From NCBI GenBank assembly GCA_030691865.1, contig JAUYDL010000017.1, positions 8,312 to 32,311 of the forward strand: a stretch of 24,000 nucleotides of DNA, given 5' to 3'. Positions within the stretch are counted from its first letter, which is position 1. The number at the start of each line of letters is the position of its first letter. The position numbers and the translations under genes are program-made. The notes beneath the pieces were generated by a model. That model was given only the letters and a program-made list of their open reading frames with translations, had not been told where the DNA came from and made no database searches. Shown piece by piece: positions 1-8,782 of this stretch. The DNA is from Candidatus Omnitrophota bacterium (lineage in GTDB: Bacteria > Omnitrophota > Gorgyraeia > Gygaellales > Profunditerraquicolaceae).

Positions 1-35
1 AGGCCCTAAATATAAAAAATTATTAAAAAAAATTT

Positions 36-710
36 ATGAAGATATTAGGGATTGATACTACGACGGCGCGGCTTTGCCTGGGGTTGTATGTAGACGGTAA
101 ATTCTATGAATACAGCCTGCAGGTAGGCAGAAGTCTTTCAGCGTTATTAGTTCCGGCTATTCAGCGGGTGATTCGCGCCGTAGGATTAAAAATAGCGGAT
201 ATTGATTATTTTGCCTGTGGCTTGGGCCCGGGTTCCTTTACGGGAATGCGTATTGGCTTAGCTACGATAAAAGGATTAAGCGTCGTAAAAAATAAGCCGG
301 TGATTGGAATATCGACATTAGATATTCTGGCTAAGAATGCACAAGTAAAAGATCGCTTGATTGTTACTGCGTTGGATGCCAGAAGATCGCTTATTTACTG
401 CAGTTCTTATAAGTATGAACAGGGCAGCTTAAAACGTAAGAGCGCATATTCGCTTCTTAGCCTGGATGAATTAGTAAAAAAGTTTCCCGCCAAGGCGGTT
501 GTTTTAGGAGATGCCGTAGCTTTGTATGGCGATGCGCTACTAACTCGTATCAAGAACGCAACTGTCTTAGATAAAGATTATTGGAGCCCGCAAGCGCACA
601 ATCTTATGGAGCTGGCGCTTGCCAAGATTAAAGCTAAACAATTTTCTTCGGCTTTAACCATTAAACCTATTTATTTATACCCTAAAGAATGCCAAATAAA
701 AACGCGATAG
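36..710 (+). CDS. tsaB: tRNA threonylcarbamoyladenosine biosynthesis protein TsaB
   Basis: ORF with N-terminal MKILGIDTTTARLCLGL and GLGPGSFTGMRIGLATIKGLS typical of TsaB. Confidence 0.93.
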   Translation: MKILGIDTTTARLCLGLYVDGKFYEYSLQVGRSLSALLVPAIQRVIRAVGLKIADIDYFACGLGPGSFTGMRIGLATIKGLSVVKNKPVIGISTLDILAKNAQVKDRLIVTALDARRSLIYCSSYKYEQGSLKRKSAYSLLSLDELVKKFPAKAVVLGDAVALYGDALLTRIKNATVLDKDYWSPQAHNLMELALAKIKAKQFSSALTIKPIYLYPKECQIKTR

Positions 711-1810
711 GTTACCGGCCCACCTGGGCAGAGGTTAACCTGGATCATTTAGAACATAATTTTAAAGAGGTTAAATCTCTTCTGCGTCCGCAGACAAAAG
801 TTTTGGTTACGGTAAAAGCTGACGCCTACGGCCATGGCTTAGTTGCGGTAGCCAAAAGACTAGTTGCTTGCGGGGTAGATTATCTGGGGGTGGCTTCTAT
901 TGATGAGGGGATAGAATTAAGAAAAACAGGGATAAAAACTCCGATCTTGCTTTTGGGTTTAATTCTTAAAAAAGATATTGGGCCACTTTTTACCTACCAG
1001 CTTATTCCCACTGTTTGTGATAGAGCAATGGCGGTTGCACTTAATACTAGGGCTGCTGTATTAAAACAGAGGATACCTGTACATATTAAAGTCGACACCG
1101 GAATGGGCAGGATCGGAGTTTTACACACTGAGGCGTTGGAATTGGTAACCCATATTCATAAACTTAAAAATATTATAATCCAGGGTATTTTTACGCATTT
1201 TGCCTTGGCGGACTCCAACCGAAAATTTACTGTTTTGCAAATTAATTTATTTAACAAGTTAATTAGTGATTTAAAAAAGAGAGGCATCGTTATTCCCTTG
1301 GTACATGCTGCTAATAGTATCGGGTTAATCAATTACAAGGATAGCCATTTTACTATGGTCAGGCCGGGGTTAGTTATTTATGGTTTAGCTCCTAAGAAAA
1401 ACTTGGGCATAAATTTAAAGCCGGTGTTAACTCTTAAAACCCGCGTGGTTTTTATTAAGCAGGTGGGTCCGGGTTACGGCATAAGTTACGGGTTAACTTA
1501 TGTAACTAAGCGGACAACGCACATTGTTACTTTACCTGTAGGTTATGGTGATGGTTATCCGCGCAATCTTTCCAACTTAGCCTGGCTTTTAATTGGCGGC
1601 AGGCGATTTCGGATTAGCGGTAGAATTTGTATGGACCAGATTATGGTGGATGTGGGTAATTTTAAGCCAAAAATCGGTGATGAAGTCGTTTTGATTGGAA
1701 AGCAGGGTAAACAGGAAATTACTGCCGAAGAGCTTGCGGATCTATCTGGCACGATCTCTTATGAAATTGTTTGTGGTTTAGGCAGCCGGATTCCCAGAAT
1801 CTATAAATAG
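689..1810 (+). CDS. alr: Alanine racemase
   Basis: PLP-lysine motif VTVKADAYGHG, DTGMGRIG, GYGDGYPR, GRICMDQIMVDV; overlaps the end of tsaB. Confidence 0.95.
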   Translation: MPNKNAIGYRPTWAEVNLDHLEHNFKEVKSLLRPQTKVLVTVKADAYGHGLVAVAKRLVACGVDYLGVASIDEGIELRKTGIKTPILLLGLILKKDIGPLFTYQLIPTVCDRAMAVALNTRAAVLKQRIPVHIKVDTGMGRIGVLHTEALELVTHIHKLKNIIIQGIFTHFALADSNRKFTVLQINLFNKLISDLKKRGIVIPLVHAANSIGLINYKDSHFTMVRPGLVIYGLAPKKNLGINLKPVLTLKTRVVFIKQVGPGYGISYGLTYVTKRTTHIVTLPVGYGDGYPRNLSNLAWLLIGGRRFRISGRICMDQIMVDVGNFKPKIGDEVVLIGKQGKQEITAEELADLSGTISYEIVCGLGSRIPRIYK

Positions 1811-1857
1811 GGGACGGTTCTCTTGTTCATAAAACCGCTTAAGAGAACCGTCCCCTA
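1808..1857. repeat. REP-like palindrome, left copy flanking RAYT
   Basis: TAGGGGACGGTTCTCTT (1808-1824) pairs exactly with AAGAGAACCGTCCCCTA (1841-1857); contains the alr stop codon. Confidence 0.9.
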
Positions 1858-1926
1858 GTTTTTTCTTTTATTTTAGTTAGATTTTCCCTTCTTTTGCGTC
1901 AATTATAGTAAGAGGAGGGATTTTTT

Positions 1927-2523
1927 ATGCCTAGAGTTAAAAGGATAGTTCCAGACAATGCGGCTTTACATGTGATCAGTAGAGGCAACAATGGAAATAC
2001 TATATTTCATAGCGATAATGACAAATTGCGATACTATGCGCTATTATGGGAGCTAAAGAATGAGAATAAAATAGATATTTTTCATTATTGTTTGATGAAT
2101 ACCCATATTCATATTATTTTAAATCTTAATCCAGATAGTACTTTGTCAAAATTCATGAAACAGCTAAATTTGACGTACTTTCATTATTACCGAAAAAAGT
2201 ACGGTTATTTTGGCCATTTTTGGCAAGATAGATTTAAAAGTAATATTATTGATAAGGATTCGTATCTATTGCAATGCGGTAAATATATTGAACTTAATCC
2301 TGTCCGCGCAGGCATGGTAAATCGTCCGGAAGAGTATTTATTTTCAAGTTATAATTGTTATGCCAATAATAAACCGGATGAACTTATTATTTTAAGTCCA
2401 ACATATCTTGGATTATCAGATTCTGCGCAAATAAGGCAAGAGCAATATGTTAATTTCGTGGTTGAAAATCAAGGGGACGGTTCTCTTAAGCGGTTTTACG
2501 AAGAAGAGAACCGTCCCCTTTAG
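1927..2523 (+). mobile_element. REP-associated tyrosine transposase (RAYT / Y1_Tnp, IS200-like)
   Basis: MPRVKRIVPDNAALHVISRGNNGNTIF, YCLMNTHIHIILN (HUH motif), FGHFWQDRFKSNII, LLQCGKYIELNPVRAGMV; RBS aagaggaggg upstream. Confidence 0.92.
2471..2520. repeat. REP-like palindrome, right copy flanking RAYT
   Basis: AAGGGGACGGTTCTCTT (2471-2487) / AAGAGAACCGTCCCCTT (2504-2520); the 46-nt core is the reverse complement of the left copy with about 2 mismatches; encodes the last residues of the RAYT ORF. Confidence 0.9.
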
Positions 2524-3620
2524 GGTAATCTTGCGATAAGATAGAGACTGCTGGACAGAACGATGATATGGCTTAATGAGGCAGCCAGAACAGGCATGAT
2601 CAGCCCGGTTTTTCCTATCGCCAGGCAGACAGCATCCAGGACATAATATAGAAATCCTACAATAATCGAGACCCCGATAGACGACATCCCAGTGGCGCGT
2701 TTACGCATTAGAAGCGAAAAAGGAATTCCCAGGAGTATAATGATGATGCTGGTAAATGGCGCGGTAAAGCGTTGATAGAGGTCCACCTTTAAATTCCGGA
2801 TTACGGTAGTTGCCCCGCTTTTAGAAAGTATCCAGATATAATCCTGCATTTGGCGTATATTCATCTGCTCCGGCTTTTGTCTTAAGGAGACAAGGTCTTT
2901 AGGAGTTTCCGGGATACTCATAATCTCTTCTTCAAAATAACCTGGTTCATCGATTACCTGCCCGTTTTGGTCAAATTTATAAGTAATACTTTGAAAGAAT
3001 TTCCATAATCCATCCTGATAAATTCCTCTGGTGGCGATAATTTTTTTAGTCAGATTTTGATTTTCATCCTGTTCCAGAATAGTGATTCCTTCCATGGTTT
3101 TGGTAGCAGGCAAAAACTTACTGATAAAAAATAACCTGTTCCTTAAACCGTAGAGGGTAAGATTAATGATGGGCTCGTTTTTCTTAGGTTTACCTTTTGG
3201 CGAACCTTCTTCGATCTGGATTTTAATCTTTTGATTTTCTGTTAGAGAGACAGGCACGAATCTGTCATTTACCCAGAATACCGCTAAGCTAATTAGTAAA
3301 CCAAAGATTAGAGCATTGCGGGCAATTTCAAATATGCTTAAGCCGCTTGAACGCATGGCAATTATTTCATTATTGTGATTAAGTTTTCCGAAAGTGTAAA
3401 CCGTACTTAAGAGGCAGGCAAAAGGGGAGACCTGCACAAACATGATCGGCAGGTACGAGATGTAGTAACGTGCCAGGAGCGCTAAGGTGGCCTGGTGTCT
3501 TAATATCTCATCTAAATTAGAAAGCAGGTCAATGACGATATAGAGAAACAGAAATACAAAAATGCAGGAAAAGAATATATGAATAATCGATTTTAAGATG
3601 TAACGGTCTAAGATGCGCAT
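2520..3620 (-). CDS. LptF/LptG family permease (LPS export), second of pair
   Basis: YjgP/YjgQ-like: MRILDRYILKSIIHIFFSCIFVFLFLYIVIDLLSNLDEI, YISYLPIMFVQVSPFACLLSTVYTFGKLNHNNEIIAMRSSGLS. Confidence 0.88.
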   Translation of the reverse strand: MRILDRYILKSIIHIFFSCIFVFLFLYIVIDLLSNLDEILRHQATLALLARYYISYLPIMFVQVSPFACLLSTVYTFGKLNHNNEIIAMRSSGLSIFEIARNALIFGLLISLAVFWVNDRFVPVSLTENQKIKIQIEEGSPKGKPKKNEPIINLTLYGLRNRLFFISKFLPATKTMEGITILEQDENQNLTKKIIATRGIYQDGLWKFFQSITYKFDQNGQVIDEPGYFEEEIMSIPETPKDLVSLRQKPEQMNIRQMQDYIWILSKSGATTVIRNLKVDLYQRFTAPFTSIIIILLGIPFSLLMRKRATGMSSIGVSIIVGFLYYVLDAVCLAIGKTGLIMPVLAASLSHIIVLSSSLYLIARLP

Positions 3621-4711
3621 AGTTTATAGGTTAAGTATCCTCCGATAGAGGCAAAGATGATATTGGGTAACCACAGAGCAAAGGCTGCCGGCAGGACTCC
3701 TTCCATGGCCAGTGCGGTTAAGCCGATATACAAAGGATAATAGCAGACAATGATTAATACGGCAATTCCAATGTTAATGGATTTTTCGCGCCGGCGTGTA
3801 ATAATTCCCAGAGAAGATCCCAGGAGCATGAAGACAAAACAGGAGAAGGCTAAAGCTAACTTTTCATGAATTTTGGTAATCAGCGGAGCCGGGTTGATGC
3901 CTTCGGATTTAAGTTTAGCCGCCTCTTTCTTTAGTTCATGAATAGTCATTTCTTTATATTTCTTTTCGACAACCTTATTCTGCATCTGGGCAATATCCAG
4001 ATTCATAAAGTAAGTACGGAAATTAAGCTTGTAGAAGTTGGTGGGGTTTTCCGGGTCAGGCTCATCAGAAGTCCCGTCGATAAGTTTTAATTTTATAGCA
4101 TTTTGGCCGGGAATAGTGATAAATTCTCCGGCTTTAGCCACAATCGTGCGCGTTGGCCGGTCTTCGCCCTGGGGTTCATAGATCCGGATGTTATTAAGCC
4201 GGTTTTTCTTCTGGTCAACATGGTAGATAAAGAGGATGTATTTTTTGAAGGAATCAATGAATACTCCCTCTTCAAAGGCGGCGGTAGGGTTCTTGATACC
4301 CATCTCATGTAAGGTCTTACGGTAAGCAAAATGCGAATATGAAGCTGCCTGGTCATTAAAAACTACCAGGGCTAAACTTAAGGCCAGGCCGATAGTTAAT
4401 AAAGGCAGCATTAATTTAAATAGGTTTATGCCGCTTGAGCGGATGGCGATTACTTCATTATCGCCGCTTAATCTGCCCAGGGCAAGCAATACTGCCACCA
4501 GTATTGATATCGGCAAGGTATAGGTGACAATATAAGGAGTAAGATAGATAAAAATCTTAATTACGCTAAATATATCCACTCCTTTATTGATGACTAAATC
4601 CGCAATGCGTTTTAAGTTGCCGATGAGCACCATGACAAAGGTTAATACTCCCAGGCATAATAATAGCGGCCCGAGGAACTCTCTTAAGATATAATTACGC
4701 AGGATCTTCAT
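3608..4711 (-). CDS. LptF/LptG family permease, first of pair
   Basis: MKILRNYILREFLGPLLLCLGVLTFVMVLIGNLKRIADL, GRLSGDNEVIAIRSSGINLFKL; overlaps the downstream gene by 13 nt. Confidence 0.88.
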   Translation of the reverse strand: MKILRNYILREFLGPLLLCLGVLTFVMVLIGNLKRIADLVINKGVDIFSVIKIFIYLTPYIVTYTLPISILVAVLLALGRLSGDNEVIAIRSSGINLFKLMLPLLTIGLALSLALVVFNDQAASYSHFAYRKTLHEMGIKNPTAAFEEGVFIDSFKKYILFIYHVDQKKNRLNNIRIYEPQGEDRPTRTIVAKAGEFITIPGQNAIKLKLIDGTSDEPDPENPTNFYKLNFRTYFMNLDIAQMQNKVVEKKYKEMTIHELKKEAAKLKSEGINPAPLITKIHEKLALAFSCFVFMLLGSSLGIITRRREKSINIGIAVLIIVCYYPLYIGLTALAMEGVLPAAFALWLPNIIFASIGGYLTYKLCAS

Positions 4712-4713
4712 GA

Positions 4714-5445
4714 TTAGCAGGCTAGAGTCAAAAGGAGCACTTTTCTAGCTCCGGCTTCTTTTAAGCATTTGGCTGCCTCGTTTGAGGTGGCCCCGGTAGT
4801 TAAGACATCATCGATAAGTAGTAAATTGGTATCTTTAATTAATTCCGGTTTGGTCACTGAGAAACTTTTCTCCACATTTTGGCAGCGTTGCCGGAAGGTT
4901 AGCTCCGTCTGAGTCTTGGTGGGCTTAACGCGGATGAGGGCATCGGTTAAGACCTTTTTGGCGAACTCTCGGGCGACCTCTTGACTTAAGATTTCAGCTT
5001 GGTTAAATTCTCTCTCCCGCTGCCGGCTCCTGTGCAGTGGTATCGGGACAACGAAATCAAGATGTTCGATGGGCAATTGGTAATCCCGGATAAATGTATA
5101 CATTAGCTTTCCCAAGGGTTTGCCCAGATAATCCTTACCGGAATATTTAAATTCATGGATCAGTTTCTTGACGGTTCCGGTATATATACAGGGGCTAAAG
5201 GCCCGGTCAAAATAAAAATTTGCTCCGCACTTTGAGCAACTTGGACAGGCGTTTTTTTCTATTGCTTGGGAGTCCAGGTGCCTGCCGCAGCTGGCGCAGA
5301 AGGGGGGTAGATTTTTCTCAACTTTATCCCAACAGCTAGCGCAGATTAATTGCTGTTGGTCAGCTGGCGGGATCCTATTTTTACAAACTAAACAGCAGTT
5401 TGGATAAATTAAATCCTTTAAGCCCTTAAACAGCCACCGCAACAT
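4714..5445 (-). CDS. comF: ComF family protein (phosphoribosyltransferase-like)
   Basis: N-terminal CxxC zinc-like motifs, VPIPLHRSRQREREFNQAEILSQEVA, LLLIDDVLTTGATSNEAAKCLKEAGA. Confidence 0.9.
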   Translation of the reverse strand: MLRWLFKGLKDLIYPNCCLVCKNRIPPADQQQLICASCWDKVEKNLPPFCASCGRHLDSQAIEKNACPSCSKCGANFYFDRAFSPCIYTGTVKKLIHEFKYSGKDYLGKPLGKLMYTFIRDYQLPIEHLDFVVPIPLHRSRQREREFNQAEILSQEVAREFAKKVLTDALIRVKPTKTQTELTFRQRCQNVEKSFSVTKPELIKDTNLLLIDDVLTTGATSNEAAKCLKEAGARKVLLLTLAC

Positions 5446-5521
5446 AAAGATATAATATCAATGAAAATTAGGTTTGTCAAAGTAATTGACAGTCGGCCTT
5501 ATCGATAGTAGAATAAAAATC

Positions 5522-6082
5522 ATGGAAAAGCTAAATCCTGCGGAATTAAAAGTTAGATTATTCAATTTATTAAACCAAGAGGCCTTAAAAAGAGGTAAAT
5601 TCCTGCTTTCTTCCGGCAAAGAAAGTAATTATTATCTTGACGGCCGCGTAATTACTCTGAGCCCGCAAGGCGCCTATTTAGTTGCCAGTATAATTCTGGA
5701 TATGCTTAAAGGTGAAATTTTAGATGCAATCGGCGGACCAACCTTAGGGGCTGATCCCATTGTCGGAGCCCTGGCGGCATTAAGCTATATCAATAGGCAG
5801 CCGATTAAAACTTTCATTGTGCGTAAACAGGCCAAGGAGCATGGAACGCTGCAGCGAGTAGAGGGTCCGGCACTGAAAAATGGCGATCGGGTAATCCTGG
5901 TAGATGATGTAGCTACCAGCGGTAAGGCGATTCTGGAAGCCAAACAGGCTTTGGACAAAATCGGGGTAATCGCCGAAAAGGCAATTGTGATTGTGGACCG
6001 CAACCAGGGCGCTGCAGATAATTTAGCCAAAGTAGGTGTAAAGTTAGTATCAATTTTTAAGATCGCAGATTTCGGTCTTTAG
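5522..6082 (+). CDS. pyrE: Orotate phosphoribosyltransferase (probable start at 5522, not 5486)
   Basis: FLLSSGKESNYYLDGRVITLSPQG, VILVDDVATSGKAILEAKQAL, IGGPTLGADPIV. Confidence 0.9.
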   Translation: MEKLNPAELKVRLFNLLNQEALKRGKFLLSSGKESNYYLDGRVITLSPQGAYLVASIILDMLKGEILDAIGGPTLGADPIVGALAALSYINRQPIKTFIVRKQAKEHGTLQRVEGPALKNGDRVILVDDVATSGKAILEAKQALDKIGVIAEKAIVIVDRNQGAADNLAKVGVKLVSIFKIADFGL

Positions 6083-6090
6083 ATATCTTC

Positions 6091-7335
6091 GTGGAAAAAA
6101 TAAAAATTGTGGTAGTGGGCGGGGGGCCATCAGGTATGATGGCGGCAATCCGGGCGCAAGTTCTTGGCCAGGAGGTAATCCTGCTGGAAAAAAAGAGCAC
6201 TCTGGGTAACAAACTTCTCCTAAGCGGCAAAGGCCGCTGTAATCTTACCAATACAGAAGATCTTCCTAATTTTCTAAAACGTTTTTCTAAAAATGGCGAT
6301 TTCTTAAGGGATGCCTTTAAGAAATTCTTTAATCAAGAGTTGATCTCTTTTTTCGAGCAGCGGGGTTTAAAGCTGAAAATTGAACGTCAACTGCGTGTAT
6401 TTCCGCAGAGCGATCGATCGGCCGGTATTCTTAATTTATTAGAAAATGAGCTGGTTAAGGTTGGAGTGCAGGTTATTTGCCGGAGTAAGGTTGTGGATTT
6501 AATTGTTTCCGGTGGCCGGGCTAAAGGAGTGCGTTTGGAGAATGGACAAAATATTCTCTGCGACCGGGTTATTTTAGCTTCCGGAGGCGCAAGCTATAGC
6601 TTTACTGGCTCTGACGCTTCGGGGATAAATATTGCTAAAAGACTGGGGCATGTAATCGTATCTTTGCAGGCAGGTTTAATCCCGCTGGATGTGAAACAAA
6701 ATTATGTCAAAAAGTTAGAAGGGTTAACTTTACGTAATATTAAGCTTAAATTTTCTGACGCAAAACGGGAGATTATCTCTGAGATCGGCGAATTGATTTT
6801 TACCTCAAGCGGAATATCCGGGCCGCTGGTCATTACTTTAAGCGGTAAAGTCATAGATTTGTTGGCACCGAATAAAACCGTTTTTGTAGATATAGATTTA
6901 AAGCCCGCTCTATCGATTCAACAGTTGGACGCCCGTCTGCTTAGGGAGTTTAAATTAAATTCCAAAAAAAGCATTAAGAATATGCTTAAAGAGTTATTAC
7001 CTTTACGCTTAATTATGGTTTTTACCGATGCCGCCGGAATTGATCCGCTAAAAAAATGCAGCCAGATTACGCAAAAGGAAAGGGAAAAGATTATTTCTTT
7101 ACTTAAAGGTTTTCATTTGGAGATCTCCGGGCCCCGGCCGATTGAAGAGGGGATGGTTACCCGGGGCGGGGTAAGTTTAAAACAGATCGATCCGCGCACG
7201 ATGGAGTCGCGCCTGGTTAAAGGCCTATATTTTTGCGGGGAGATGATTGATGTGGATGCGGATACCGGAGGATTTAACCTTCAGGCAGCTTTCTCAACCG
7301 GGTATCTAGCCGGAGAAAGCGCGGCATTAAGTTAA
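6091..7335 (+). CDS. NAD(P)/FAD-dependent oxidoreductase, HI0933/YhiN (BaiN-like) family
   Basis: VVVGGGPSGMMAAIRAQ, EKKSTLGNKLLLSGKGRCNLTN, FTSSGISGPLVITLS, GLYFCGEMIDVDADTGGFNLQAAFSTG. Confidence 0.92.
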   Translation: MEKIKIVVVGGGPSGMMAAIRAQVLGQEVILLEKKSTLGNKLLLSGKGRCNLTNTEDLPNFLKRFSKNGDFLRDAFKKFFNQELISFFEQRGLKLKIERQLRVFPQSDRSAGILNLLENELVKVGVQVICRSKVVDLIVSGGRAKGVRLENGQNILCDRVILASGGASYSFTGSDASGINIAKRLGHVIVSLQAGLIPLDVKQNYVKKLEGLTLRNIKLKFSDAKREIISEIGELIFTSSGISGPLVITLSGKVIDLLAPNKTVFVDIDLKPALSIQQLDARLLREFKLNSKKSIKNMLKELLPLRLIMVFTDAAGIDPLKKCSQITQKEREKIISLLKGFHLEISGPRPIEEGMVTRGGVSLKQIDPRTMESRLVKGLYFCGEMIDVDADTGGFNLQAAFSTGYLAGESAALS

Positions 7336-7357
7336 CGATACGGGTAATAAGTCTTGA

Positions 7358-7425
7358 TTCGTGGATCCTGTCTTGGGTATTTTCTAGCGCTGACGCGCTT
7401 CGAAAACACCCAAGCCACCCACGAA
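7358..7425. repeat. Long compound hairpin between the flavoprotein and Maf-M48 genes
   Basis: TTCGTGG..CTTGGGTATTTTC..AGCGC-TGAC-GCGCT..GAAAACACCCAAG..CCACGAA; three nested paired segments (7, 13 and 5 bp, one G-U). Confidence 0.75.
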
Positions 7426-7441
7426 ATAGCTAAAAACCCTT

Positions 7442-8782
7442 ATGGAAAAAATTTACTTAGCCTCCAATTCTAAGGCCAGAAAAAAACTGTTAGAGAAATT
7501 TGGCTTGAAGTTTAAAATCCTGCCTTCTAAAGTTAAAGAGCAGGCCAGGCGCGGTAATTTATCATATTCTCAACTTGTACAGAATAATGCCCGGAATAAG
7601 GCTGAAAGAGCGGCCGCCAGGGTACCCGATGGAATTATTATTGCCGCAGATACTATTTGCGTGCAGGATGGTAAGATATTCGGCAAGCCGAAAAATATAC
7701 CAGATGCCCGTCGGATGCTTAGGCAGTTATCCAGTAAGCCGCAATGGCTTTATACCGGCCTGGCAGTAATAAAAAAAGCTAAGGGTAAACAGAGGCTAGC
7801 GCTGGATTATGAAAAAACAAAAGTGTATATGGATAAATTAAGCTTCGGCCAGATTAATAATTATTTTAAACAGGTTTCTCCTTTGGATAAGGCAGGGAGT
7901 TTTGATATTCAGGGTAAAGGGGCATTTTTTATTAAGAGAATTGACGGCTGTTTCTATAATGTGGTCGGCTTGCCTTTAAGAAAGCTTTATCGTATTTTTA
8001 GGAAGCTGGGGTTATTTCTTATGATCTGTGCTATTTTTGGCCTGGCGGGTTGTTCCACGGAATATAATTTGGCCACTAAACAGGAGGAAAAATATTATTA
8101 TAGTACAGATCAAGAGGTACAGATGGGCCAGTCAATTAACCAGAGGGTAGAAAAAGAATTGAAATTCTCCGCTGACCCTTTGCAGCAAAAACGCGTGGAA
8201 GATATCGGTAAAAAAATAGCCGCAGTCAGCGACAGAAAAGAGATTGATTACCATTTTCGGGTTTTAGATGATGATGAGATTAATGCCGTGTCTTTACCCG
8301 GAGGCTATGTCTATGTCAATAGCGGATTATTAGATAAAGTTGCTAATGATGATGAGTTGGCTTGTATTTTAGCGCACGAAGTAAGCCATATTGTTGCCCG
8401 GCATAGTATCAAGAAGCTTCAAGCGATGCAAAGCTACTCTATTTTAAGAGTATTAGTGGCTGTCGCTCCGGGCACCTCAGAAGTAAGTAATGCCGCGGAT
8501 GCTGCCTTTGCTCAATTTCTGCTTGGTTATGGCCGCCAAGATGAGTTATTGGCAGACCAACTGGGGACGCGTTACGCTAAGTTGGCGGGTTATGATCCGC
8601 ATGGTATGGTTACTTTTTTAATTAAGCTGCAGGATATAAACCGCAGGATGCCGCTTAGGGAGCGCTCATACTATAAGACTCACCCCTATGTTCCTGATCG
8701 GATCAGGGTGGTTAAACAGGAGCTGGGAGAGCAAATTGATTTCGGAGACTATATTAATATTGAACAAGAAACTCATGAATAA
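7442..8782 (+). CDS. Maf-like nucleotide pyrophosphatase fused in frame to M48-family metallopeptidase lipoprotein domain
   Basis: N-term MEKIYLASNSKARKKLLEKFG.. (Maf); C-term SLPGGYVYVNSGLLDKVANDDELACILAHEVSHIVARHS (HExxH, M48), with internal lipobox LAGC. Confidence 0.88.
   Translation: MEKIYLASNSKARKKLLEKFGLKFKILPSKVKEQARRGNLSYSQLVQNNARNKAERAAARVPDGIIIAADTICVQDGKIFGKPKNIPDARRMLRQLSSKPQWLYTGLAVIKKAKGKQRLALDYEKTKVYMDKLSFGQINNYFKQVSPLDKAGSFDIQGKGAFFIKRIDGCFYNVVGLPLRKLYRIFRKLGLFLMICAIFGLAGCSTEYNLATKQEEKYYYSTDQEVQMGQSINQRVEKELKFSADPLQQKRVEDIGKKIAAVSDRKEIDYHFRVLDDDEINAVSLPGGYVYVNSGLLDKVANDDELACILAHEVSHIVARHSIKKLQAMQSYSILRVLVAVAPGTSEVSNAADAAFAQFLLGYGRQDELLADQLGTRYAKLAGYDPHGMVTFLIKLQDINRRMPLRERSYYKTHPYVPDRIRVVKQELGEQIDFGDYINIEQETHE

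Noticed and set aside
4093-4356. ORFs antisense to or overlapping the LptF/G gene (4093..4356 -, 4103..4312 +)
   Set aside because: Nested within a confidently assigned gene; no recognisable domain.
8688-8774. Upstream extension of the glycoside hydrolase ORF
   Set aside because: The signal peptide starts at the ATG at 8775, overlapping the preceding stop; the extension only overlaps the M48 coding region.
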